This document shows, piece by piece, positions 1 to 11,287 of a stretch of DNA of 64,000 nt. The stretch's first letter is position 1. Each line of letters starts with the position of its first letter. The translations under genes and the position numbers were made by a program. The notes under the pieces were generated by a model. It searched no databases. It worked only from the letters and a program-made list of their open reading frames with translations, and was not told where the DNA came from. Source of the stretch: Marsupella aquatica (lineage: Eukaryota; Plantae; Marchantiophyta); the NCBI GenBank assembly GCA_973895155.1, contig OZ316891.1, positions 840,143 to 904,142 on the forward strand, in the 5' to 3' direction.

Positions 1-660
1 ATTCAGCACCAGGAATTTGAGCCATCTGGACAAAGGCCAGAATATAGGCACTCGCTCTCGATGCCGAGCCAAAGAAGAAGGTCGGTACTTCGTCGGCAGG
101 CTGGCACCGAGGAAGGCATAATCAGCATCTGCAACGACCAACAGGGGAAACAGAAGGGGAGCATCTAAACGACTCAGATTCAAAGAATCTGCTGTTGCGC
201 TACAGAGACAAGATCACAAGACGGTACTTCAGTGTTGCTGCAGGGGACTGATTACTTATTAGGTGATGAGTGCAGGACGGCATCAAGCACAGCAAGAGGA
301 GAGCTACTGTAGTGGGATCCAGTCACAACTTAATGTCGGTCCGCCATGATGGAACGTCTTTCAGCCGATGATTGTCCGTTCAGGGCGGGTATCTTGCTTT
401 CCCGAAATCCCGAACTCGATTGATCTTCTGAAGCAGGTACCTACTGTACTCTACGACTGCACCGGGACATCCACTGCACGACATTTGGTGGAAACTGTGG
501 AGCAATTATTGTGGACAACTCGAGAGGAGGTGACCGACGGAGTGGCGTGCCTTTCGGAATATAATAACCGACAGTCCTCACGGATTGCATCTGAGAGCAG
601 CAGAGCAGAGCAGAGCAGAGCTGCAGAGAGAGACGAGACAGAGAGGAGGGAATGGGAATG
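1..660 (-). other. Probable 5' leader/first exons of a minus-strand gene running off the left edge
   Basis: The minus strand is CT-rich, with (CTCTG)n at ~596-622, and has a pyrimidine tract plus TTGCAG acceptor at ~128-160. Two frames stay open to the edge (MAQIPGAE from the ATG at 25, or ...RVPIFWPLSRWLKFLVLN). The product cannot be identified. Confidence 0.3.
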
Positions 661-1137
661 GACGACGAAATGAATGCACAGCTGAAAAGGAGAAGCTATG
701 GGCTATGGCACACTACCTCACGACCTCACGGGCAAATCAGGCAGCGGCAAATAATTTGTAATCAGTGTGTGCCACAGAGACAACAAACACCCACCTGCGC
801 TTTCTGTGTGAGAAGAATGAGGCGGCCTATTTTTTAGAGGCCAATTTTAGCCAAATTCCACCTCCTTAAAAAAGTGTTTGTCACTTCTGGCTAACATTAG
901 CTAGATTTCTTTAATGTCATTAGTCACTTTTCCCACCTAATCAAGGACCCCATTTGCCAGAATCCATTGCCAGAATCCAGCTGTCATCCTTAAATCTAGG
1001 GATATCTGACAGTCAAGAACTCAAGATGGAAAAACTGACAACAGTATTACTATCATCTCTTCCCTTAGAGCTGACATTGGTCACACTGCCTGAAATTAAA
1101 AAACCTTAAAAAATAAGCTGGAGTGAGGTGCTCAAGA

Positions 1138-2950
1138 ATTATTTGGCAGCAAAAGACTTGATGGGCCCCTTTAGGTAAAGATATCACTAACCAGCCCCTC
1201 ACTTTTGAAATAGATGTCCGAGGCCCTTTGTCCCAGCAACCCTTACTCATGACCTGTGTGATTATTATTTCCCTTTTTTTTAATTCTAATCAGGTGTACT
1301 CCTTGGAAGTATTTTTCTAATGTATTTTTGTTTGAAAGTACTAACATATAGTACATACATAGTGCTTAGACCTTGTCACTCCTCTATTCATTTTATTCTT
1401 ATTTTGAAGTACTTCTACACAGGAACTAAGTAGTATTTATTCTCTTTATTTATTCCTTGACAATCTTTACTTATTACTTATTGGTCAGCCAATCACATAC
1501 CCTATTTTCAACCATGTTTCACAGTTCACAGTGATTAGACATTTCATTCACTAGCATTGGATTGTGAATTCCAAGTATGTGGGTATCTGAAACATTGATA
1601 GTACCCTGTAGACTAAGGTGTTGGTCTAACTGTGATGTTTTTGCAGAATTGAAATAAGAACTATTCTGGAGTAAAGCTGCATGCTGGACTTGTCAATGTC
1701 TTTATAGTTTTACAGATTGGACTGGTGGTCATGGAGTGTTACATGCAAAGTGAACTTTTTTAGTGTCACTTTGAGTAAACACAGATGTGAATTTCAGTAT
1801 GATTTTGATAGCTAATTTGGTGGTTGTTGCACCAACATTAAGCTCGAATTTTCAAGGTCATTTAACTGCTTTTACATTTGTTACCATGTGCATGCTCTAT
1901 GCTCATTTTATGAATTCCAATGATTCCTTGTGAATTCAATTAATGCACTCTGTACTAAGCTAAAGAATAGAAATTGTAGTTTAAGTGGCATTGTGTAAAT
2001 TGCCTGAAATACTCTACCTGAGAGCTCAAATCTTGGAAAAAAAACTTTTACAAAAAGTACACCAAATAAATGCTCACGTTTGATGTGATTATTTCCCCAA
2101 AAACCTTTGGAAAAATACATCAAATAATTGTTTAAGTCCCGTGTAATTTACAAAAAACAACTATAAAAATATAGTACCCAGAAAACACCCAAAACCATTG
2201 GTTCACCTTAGGAAAGCTCAGGCAAGTCAATACTGTTGAACTAAGACGTCATTCGCAACGACCATACAACCATGACTTATTCCATGCACACGTAATCGAC
2301 ACAATCTCTACGTGGTTCACTTCTTCTCCAAGGTTACGTCCACACGAACACTCAAGCTTTACTTCAAGAGTAAACGAACACACATGCTCTCCCTCTTCCT
2401 CAAGTTGCTCCGTTACCATGAGTAAGCACCACACACCAGCGGCTTACACTAGCCCTGGTATATACAAGGTCACACATGACTAACCTAACCTCAGCTAAGA
2501 CCCTAACTGTGGTTAGCCTAAGTGCCGTAACCTTTGAGTCACAAGACTAAGAGCAATCCTTAACAAATACCTTGAACAAATATTTTCAAGCGTGAGTACC
2601 TCAAAAACCCCTAAACCCTAAATACTACGTACCTTGCATACGTATTTCAAAACAAGAATAAAATGAATATGGCCCGGGTGACAGGGGCTAAGTAATTGGT
2701 ATGTACTTTATATAGTATTTTCAAGCAAAAATAAAATAAAACTTAGTTCTAGAGAATACATTTGGTGGATTGATCATGTACATAACTGTACTTACCATGT
2801 TAAGAATTAAAAAAAGGGGGAAAATATAATCACACAGGTCTTGAGGAAGGGTTGCAGGGCCAGGAAGTCTATTTCAAAAGTGAGGGGCTCACCAGGGATA
2901 TTTGTAATTTTTCACCTAGAGGGGCTCATCAAGCCTTTTGCTGAATTATT
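1138..2950. mobile_element. Non-autonomous long-TIR (Mutator/foldback-like) DNA element
   Basis: ~1138-1440 is a diverged reverse complement of ~2620-2950 (shared gcccctcacttttgaaataga, gacctgtgtgattat, ttcattttattctt). There is no transposase ORF, and no TSD was resolved. Confidence 0.6.
2234..2565 (-). mobile_element. Solo LTR (332 bp)
   Basis: TGTTGA...TTAACA termini with an exact 5-bp TSD AATAC (2229-2233, 2566-2570). It is the reverse-complement homolog of 19917-20260. Strand inferred from the TATATA box position. Confidence 0.85.
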
Positions 2951-3029
2951 CGGAGGTGAATTAAAAGACAGGTAAGGATTGTTCCAAATCAGGCACAGAA
3001 GTAGTAATAGGGCCTCTCAAAATTGAGTA

Positions 3030-3490
3030 GCAGAGTTGTGGGCTTAAGGGTTTAGTCCCATACCTGAGAGTTGTGGGTTCAAGGGTGAGCACCATACATA
3101 CATCAGAGTTGTAGGTTCAAAAGTTTGTCCCATACCTGAGAGTTGTGGGTTCAAGGGTTAGGCTCATACCTCAGATTACAGGACCAAGTTCCCTATTTTA
3201 TGGGTTCAGGCCTAGTCCCATACCTCAGAGCCAGGGACCAAGTTTCCACAGGCCTGAATTGTGGGTTCAAGGTTAGTCCCATATCTTAGGTCCATACCTC
3301 ACCCAGATATATTAGGTCCCTATCTCCTGTTATGGAATCATATTCCCTATATATGGGTCCACAGTATTTTAGTCCATGGCCATTCCTCAGGTCCCCTACT
3401 CACTTCATGGGACCAAATTTCCAATGTATGGAGTCGCAGTAGTTTAGTCCCATGCCTCAGATCCCATACCTGAGGTTACTGGACCAAATT
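3030..3490. repeat. Degenerate ~35-bp minisatellite grading into a ~58-bp derived unit
   Basis: Repeated gagttgtgggttcaagggttagtcccatacct(c/g)ag; later units add ggaccaa(g/a)tt. Confidence 0.8.
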
Positions 3491-5099
3491 AATTTTCAAT
3501 TTAAAAAATCAGGGGAGGCAGCTTTGAACTTAACAGACTCATGAGGCAAAGCTTACTGCCTCACCTGAATCTCTTTGCACATATCCTTTTAATTTCCTTC
3601 CTTCTCAATCAGCTGCCACCCCAAATGCAACAGCCATAGCCATGTAAAGCACATGAGCAGCTTTCCGGATTTCTGGATTTGTGCTAAATTTACTGGAAAG
3701 GGGTTAAGTTTATTGGTTAAGTGTTAGGCCTGTGGGATTTTTTTATTTTGTGGGAGCCTAAGATTTGCTTCCACTACTTTAATAAGAGCTCTTGAGACGT
3801 TATCCTGGTATCGTTGAGTTTTGAGATAACCTATTAGTAAGGGTGTCTCAAATTAACCAGCTGTTCTGCAGAGGTTTTCCATCACCAGAATGTTGTGGGC
3901 CCTGTTGCAGGAAAAAACTTCTGTGGTTCCCCAAAAATGCTACCCCCAGTAACTATGTGCTAGAATCCATATCCATGCATCACCCAATGACAGACACAAA
4001 TGATTGAATGCAAAAAATTTGCTGATGTTGAATAACCCACAGTTGAAACCAAAAGCCCGATGGCTAAATTTTGCCATAAAGTTGGGTTTTGCTCAGGGCC
4101 CTGGATGGAAATTTCCCACAGCGGCTGACCCAAAACCCAGGAAATAGCAAGTTTGAGATGCCCTATTGGAGCTTGGAGTCTCTTGGTGCACTCTACACCT
4201 TTGTGAGCTTGCACCCACCTCAACAATGAAAATTGAAACTAAGACACTCTTCTAATGGAGACAAAATGTTTGTGTAAGTAGATTTAATTGAGGTGTAGTA
4301 AAAGTGTTGGAATTAATTTGGAGGCGGAATGAAAGTATCTTAATGCACAGATCAAATGTTTCTAAAGATAGATTTTGAGCTTCTCATGGAGAGACCAAAT
4401 GTCTGTATAATCATGTACTGAAGGTTTCCAGCCCCCACTTGCTTCTGCATCCTATGACCAGCTTAAGTTTTAAAGTTTTTTCCATTTTGCCAGGGTGGCC
4501 AATGTAACCTTTTGTGAACAAAAATATGCTAAGAAAATTCCTTATCTAATTTTCTTAGATTAGTTTTTGACCTTTAGATCTTCATAGATTTAAGGATTCT
4601 GTCACATTCTGGCTACGGGGTTTGTGGCTCTATGGGAAACTGGCTAATGGAAGACAACAATCCAGTCATTTTCTCCAAAGTTGCCAAGACTTTCCAGTGA
4701 GGAAACCTGTTATATTTTGCCACTGTCAGCATGGCAAACGGATTTCAAGGAGTGTGCAACCTTAGAGGGAGAGTGATGGTTTGGGAATGGGAAGGGTGCA
4801 CAATAGCATAGTTAGGAAAGAAGTCATCATAATCCAAATTATGCCCACAAAGGGCCAAAGTAACATTTTGTAAGCAGATCATGAGAAAGAAAGAGCAGGA
4901 TTTCATATTAGTGTCTAGATTAGTGAAGTTGAGTGAAGAAACAAGTTATTTTTGCCACCAAATGATCACTTTATGTGGCGAGGAAACTAAAGACTGGCCA
5001 AGTCTCATGTGGAAGAGAGTCTTCTTGCACTTACAAATTCTGTACTATTTGGCATTGTCATGTTTTCTAAAAGCCCATAAAAGCCTATATTTAATTTAC

Positions 5100-7395
5100 A
5101 CGGTTAGATTATGGACAGTTGCCTTCCCGCTGCTAGATTTTGGCTAATTTCTCTTAAAGAACTGAGTGAACTGATGAACCGCTTCACCAAAATGTTTGAA
5201 AGATTTTTTGTGCATATTGTATACACCATCTGGACATTAATTACTGTGTTTGGCTCAAATTTGCTGTCAAAGGGATCCCTGCTAGTAAGGTTCAACAATT
5301 GGTATGGGTGTTTGAAGTTTGCCCCTCCTTTGTAGAGGATGCCTTCGACAGAGCATCTTACCTTGTGTCTACATATATGTACAAGCACTTGATCTCTTCG
5401 TTAGACCTATCCGTAAACTCATCACTTTGGAATGTGTTGGTGCTTGTATTTAGGGTTATACATAGTTTGGGTTGCCACAAAAGTTTCCACCAGAATCTTC
5501 TCCCATGATGCTGCTTTCTTCATTTTGTGCCACTTTTTGTCAAAAAGAGACACCATTCATGCTTCCTTAAGCACGTTTGCAGGTAGGTTCTGTTTGCAGT
5601 TCAAACAGAACCTAGATCTACCCCACTTAGACGAAATGGCTCCACCATGGGTTCACGTGCAGTTGTGATGCATGACCCACTCTAGCATTGTGCATAGTGA
5701 ATCAGACTTGCCCACTTGAGGGATATTGATCTCCCATTCGGATGTCAACCATCACAACCTTCATTTCAACCCAACTCTTACATTTTAGTCCATCGATTAG
5801 TAGGTGACATCATATGTTTTCTTTCGGTTTTCTTTGGTCCTTCGTGGTCTTGACTTTCGTTGTACTCTGTTGGTTTTTCTCAGTGAATTAGATTTCCTGG
5901 GGTACTTGCTCTTTGGTCTTCCTGGTTTTTCCTTTGGCCCTCTTTATTGGGTTCCTTGCCTGTGTCAGGGATCCAACTTTTCTCTTCCCATCTTGCAAAA
6001 AAAGGACATTTTATTTTACACGTGTTTCAACGTAATGTATTCTCCCTTCTTTGTGTGATGGATCTTTACTTGCCACGTTGGGTTTACCTTACGTGCAAGA
6101 TTGCAAAGTCTTCTCCAGTTCACCTTTCCACTCGAAATCCGTCTTTCTGTACTCCCCTCATCTTTGTGGATTGACTATGGAACCTTTCCTTCCAAGCTAC
6201 AGCATTCTGTCTGGACTTGCATCTTTTCCGTATGGGCGTGGTAAAGAACTAAGCGAAGGGAACACGTGCTCTCTCTCCTCTCCTTGCTTATCTCCATGTT
6301 CAGCAGATTCAGCTCCTTTGGTTTTGTAATTTCCAAAATTGTGGGCATGTCGACTTTTCTGCTGGAAGTCTAGGATTCTGGAAGTTCTAAGAATTCTTGT
6401 AACCTTGGGACAGAAAATCCGGATCCGGCCAGAACCTTAACAAAAATGCGGAGTTGAATTTCAGAAATCGTTCACGGCTCTGTGAATGATTCTGTTACAT
6501 CTAAATTAGCGACAAATTGGCCGATTGAAGCTAATCTCTGCGCAAATCCAGTACATCTTCTCTCTGTGCACTCTCTAAATTGGGAAATATATCAGATTTG
6601 GTGTCTTGATCCAGGCAAGGTGGGTCACGGGAAGGGTCTACTTTGGTTTCATCTGCTGTCTTTCTCTTGGTCTGGTCTCGCATAGTTATGGTCCAATTCA
6701 ATTTGATTTCATCTTCTATCGTATTCACAACTCGGATTCACATCCAATTGGGTCAGTACTTCATTTTACATGATGTATGTTAGAGTCTCTAGGGTTCAAT
6801 TGGGTTCATTTGATCATCTCGGAAGTCTCTACGGTCCACTTGGATTTCATCTGATCATTCGTTTCCCTGTCGATGTTTTATTGAGGTCCAATTGGGTTTC
6901 ATCTGATGTCTTTTTGTCTCTCACTTCATCTCCTGAATCCAATTTGGTAAAGTCTGATGTCCTTCTCACAGGTTGCCATGTATTTTATTTTGGGCCTCTC
7001 GGGTTGGTTTAACATCTCTCGTCCAGAAAGGATGCAGCTCCCTCACTCCACCGTCCAGTGTCAATTGCCTCATCGTACATTTGATTCGATCTGCAGGGGT
7101 TGCTCATAGGTCTGCCAACATCTGAATGAGCATTGGGATTTGCATTGAGAAAAGGAACTCGAATCTGCTGGATTGAGCTCGATCATGAGGACCGCGCTAG
7201 AGGTAATTTCGGGGCCGAGTGCTGGCAGAGTAGGAGCGAATTGGAGCACCCATGGTGGAGCCTTTTCGTCTAAGTGGGGTAGATCATATGCTCCCTCGCC
7301 GGTTGGTGTCAGTTGTGGGACCAGAAGAGTGTGCGTGCAAGCAGTGGAAACATCGTCCAGACCAAAGGGTGAGTTTGAGCTGTGCTTGCACATTA
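5100..7395 (-). mobile_element. Decayed coding remnant of a probable transposable element
   Basis: Stop-riddled minus-strand frames: MVSLFDKKWHK...EISQNL at ~5100-5570, an AT-hook-like GKPGRPKSK at ~5905-5935, and repeated SDE[TI][QK][LV]D peptides at 6640-6960. There is a 38-bp inverted repeat at 5615-5652/7248-7285. No RT or transposase motif was recognised. Confidence 0.4.
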
Positions 7396-7692
7396 AAATG
7401 TGTATTCGTTTGGAGATTCTATTGCCCTTAATCCCTCTGAAATAAGATTAAGATTTCTTACAAATCCAGTGTTTGTTCCACTAATATCTTGATGTCCTAG
7501 CAAAGGATGGACTATCCCAGTGATGGAGGTAGTTATCATAAGCAAAATTCACTAAGGGTTTAGGCATTTCCAAAGTATGATTGCTTTGTTGGCCTAATTG
7601 GCCCACTCAAAAAACTGTCAGACGGGAGGGGAAGAGGAGATGATGTGAACTCGAGCTGCTCGTGTTTGCCCCAATTGACAGATTTTCCTCAT

Positions 7693-9560
7693 ATGAGAGG
7701 GAAGGCGAAGCGAAGGTTACACATATCTTGAAGCAAAACGAACCACTTTGGTACAGATAGGAGGTTAATTTTACCGAATTCGAGAACTACGGACTTCATT
7801 TCAAATGTGATGTTGAATGAATTCCAAAGCCACTCCATGACACCGTGCGTAGTCTGATCCCGTGCAGGTGCTGCTGGCAGGAAACCCTTTGTTGAGCCGC
7901 AGTGGCTCTTTCCAAGCAACAATGGAGCTAACCTGCAGCGAACTTCAGACGGAAGTAGTGTTGCTCAAGAAAGTACCTTCGACACAACCGGGTCTTCAAG
8001 TCAACCGAAAGATCAGAGAAAATCTGTTGCCCTTTACTACATTGTCATCAGTACATCCAAAGATGACAAATCCAGTTTATCTGAGCCGAATGCTGGCATA
8101 TTGCTGTCCATGATTGGTGAAGATGGGAATGCCACTATGCACAAAATTTCCGGCACAGAGGAGTCAGGTGGGGGCACTAGCAAAAGTTATCTCCGTTTCC
8201 AAAGAGGTGCAGTTGACGGTATAATACTTGCTGGACCTGACTTGGGTCGTCTCGCAGCCCTATGGATTGCTCCTGAAGCAGGTAACTTTGCCCCGCGAGG
8301 ATACTGGAATGTTTGAACAAATGAAGACGTTCAAGCTTTCATTTGTTCAAGCTTATACAAGCTTACATAGTTTTTAATCTAGTTTGCACCGACCTATCCA
8401 TCTAATGTTCGCCAATTTATATGCAATTTCACTTTTTTTCATGTCTGTTATGTAGATCTACCTCAAAGTTGAAAACATTTCTGGTTTTCAAATGCGGTTT
8501 AACCACCAAGCAGCTTATATGAATGCGGACTTAAGAACGTCATAGTGTAGATTATGGATCTCATCTGCAGTCACCTTAGTTCGTATGTCTAAACAGATAA
8601 GATTCATTTGGTAGATTTAGTTTCGGAAGACTGCTTCTTTTTCTGCATATAACTGTGGGTCGATCCTGTCGGACAGGGACTTGGAGAATTGAAAAGGTAA
8701 GTGTCACAATTTTACCATGGTCAGAAAAGCTTGTCACGAACGACAGACTCCGGACCAGAGACTTCATGTCTTTGGTGAATTCTGATATGCTGGAGGAAAT
8801 GGCATCCGTGGGAAGCTGGAAGGGCATCTTTCATCTATTTCAATCAAATGAAGTACTCCTTGGTAGTGATGCTTGGCTTGCTGCTGCTGAGCTGAAGCCA
8901 TCGCTTATCCAGGAAACGTCAGATGTGGTAGATCTTCAAGAGACAATTAAGCAGTTGTCTCCCAAACGGCCACAGTCATCACAAGGTGTAGCAAAATTGC
9001 GAGACGAGAGCATGAAAGAGTACGAGAATTTGAAACTATCATTACTAGGATTCAGTTCTCTTTTGGTCGCTGGAGGAACAGCGTCTCTGGCAGCTCTAGG
9101 CCAAGGTAACCTGGCAGAGGGTTTTGCAGTTGGCGGTGTGGGAGGCTTTCTGTACTTGCTTCTGCTCCAGAGGGCTGTTGATCAACTACCAAGCTCTGCC
9201 ACTGCCGACATTGGAGAAACCCAGCCGGACCTACCTATTTTAACACCAAAACAGCAACTCGAATCCATGGAAGGACAAAATGAATCAGACGACAAGTCAC
9301 TAGAGCAAGGAAGGTCACCTAGAAATGTGGAAATTTCTAGTCCAATAAATAGTCTGTCTGGAACATCAGACATTGGATTGCGTGGAAGGATTGTCCTGGT
9401 AGCAGGTGTGGCCTTAGTTTTGGGAAGATTGGCTGGAGGTGGTGCGATAAGCACCATCTCACCCCCACAGCTTCTGGCTGGTGTTGTTGGCTTTCTTACA
9501 TCGAAGATTGCTGTAGTGCTTGCTGCTCTCACACCATCATCATCAGCAGGAGACAAATAG
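7693..9560 (+). CDS. Plant PLAT/LH2-like domain protein with C-terminal AtpI/CGL160-like membrane helices; 5' end uncertain or damaged
   Basis: Exons 7868-8281 (YYIVISTS...SLSEPNAGILLSMIGEDG...FQRGAVD...GPDLGRLAALWIAPE) and 8677-9560 (TWR...LRDESMKEYENLKLSLL...FLYLLLLQRAVDQLP...GFLTSKIAVVLAA), GT-AG and in phase. Candidate exon 1 (7693-7750) has an in-frame TGA at 7729. Confidence 0.7.
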
Positions 9561-10430
9561 AAAGAATTGCAAAGCTTTTATCAACTTTGCTTTTAGTAAC
9601 TTGGAGGCTTTCCTCTAGAGTGGTGGACTTGGAGAGTTAGTGCATGACAAAGTTGCAAGACGTAAGTATATTGCCTAATGTGAATATCGAGGGCAAGGGC
9701 CATCGAAAAATTGAATTTTGTATTATGAAGGTTTTCGCTTGTTAGAATGCAAGTCTTCATTAGGAAGAGTTGTGAAATATAACATTCTTTGTTATCTGCC
9801 ACTTCTTCTGCGTGTCTGTCTGTCCAACTACGAGTGGGGACCTTGAATATCAAGTTGCAGAACATGAATTGCACCTCTTGCTTTCTTTCTTCCACAAAAA
9901 AACCACTTTAGCAAGGTGATATGCGGGTCGGGGAACTGCTCTTCAATACAGCGCATCATGTGAAAAGTTAAGCCATAGACGATTGTACCTGTTAAACCGT
10001 TCGTCACATGCTATTGGCGGTGACAATACCAGGGTGGTTCTTTGAATATTGGTTTAAGTTTAATAAAAATTTCTTCGAGGTGGCACATAGATCGGAAGCA
10101 AAGCAATACACATCCCCAAACTACTCAATCTCATCCACTCGTGGCACTGCATTCTTAATATACGTCCTGTTGAGAAGTTTGATTGCGAAGTTCAGAGCTT
10201 GCAACTCATAGAAGAGGGCTACATCGAGCAGTGCCACAACATAAATTCGCATCCAACCGCGAAAGGAAGCGCGTAAGGTTAAAGGTCCCTATGTCTGGTT
10301 TTCGTGAATGATCAGATAGTATTATATGACTACGGATAAGCAGTGCACAATCCAAAACTCAAGGTATCTCTGCGTTTGTTGTGAACCACTCAAACATACA
10401 GACTTTTCGTCTCCAAATCACTCCAATCTA

Positions 10431-10679
10431 AACTTCAGACTAGTACAATTTATAACATATGTACAAGTACCCAATAGGATATTTATCTCGATCATTTACA
10501 CAAGGAAATTGATGCGGAAAGTCATGAATCAAATGAAGTATGCCGCATCAGTAACTTCAGACTAGTACAATTTATAACATATGTACAAGTACCCGATAGG
10601 ATATTTATCTCGATCATTTACACAAGGAGCTTGATTCGGAAATAGTCATGAATCAAATGAAGTATGCCGCATCAGTAAC
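10431..10679. repeat. ~122-bp tandem duplication
   Basis: aacttcagactagtacaatttataacatatgtac...tatgccgcatcagtaac occurs twice, nearly identical. Confidence 0.9.
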
Positions 10680-11287
10680 AGCCGGCGCGGTGACTGCCCA
10701 ACGCCAAAGCTGGTTGAGGCAGACTTCAATCCCACAAGGCTGCGCTGTTCTTTCCCTTGATCCACACCACTGCACTCTGCAATCCATACGAATAAGAACG
10801 CTCATCTGTTTCTCCTGCAATATTTTCGCAAACAACTTTCATTTTGCATAATTCTACAAACACCCTCAAAATCTTTTCTCAGAGGATCCATCGGGAAGAC
10901 TGACTGCCATCAGCTTCCACATCGGCGGTCTATCTGGCCCGAATTTTGCAAAACTTTTAATGTCCCTGAAACCCATTAATGTTTGAGCATGACTATTCAG
11001 GTCCTGCCCTTTCGTAATCTCGGCCTACCGAAGGTGCAAAGCTCTCGACCGACAGTAGAGGCTTTCCATTTGGAATTTGAGAAAAATCAATCAAGGAAGA
11101 TGTTGATGATCATCATAGCCAATTCATAAGGGGAGTTGATTCGTAATGTTGAGCCCATCGCAAACTGAACATCGGGCTTGAGCAACGGTTGACAAAATTT
11201 ACAATGCGCGATGATGATGGTGAGGTATAATTCACGAAGGGCAATGACTGTGCTCCCGACTGTGCTCCCAACGCCAGCCTCGTTTAG

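Noticed and set aside
1-25. MAQIP... as the start of VPS33
   Set aside because: Only five residues match from memory, the following residues differ, and the window ends. Not supportable.
3030-3490. ~35-bp repeats as a CRISPR array
   Set aside because: The units are contiguous and degenerate with no unique spacers and no cas genes, in a eukaryotic context. It is a minisatellite.
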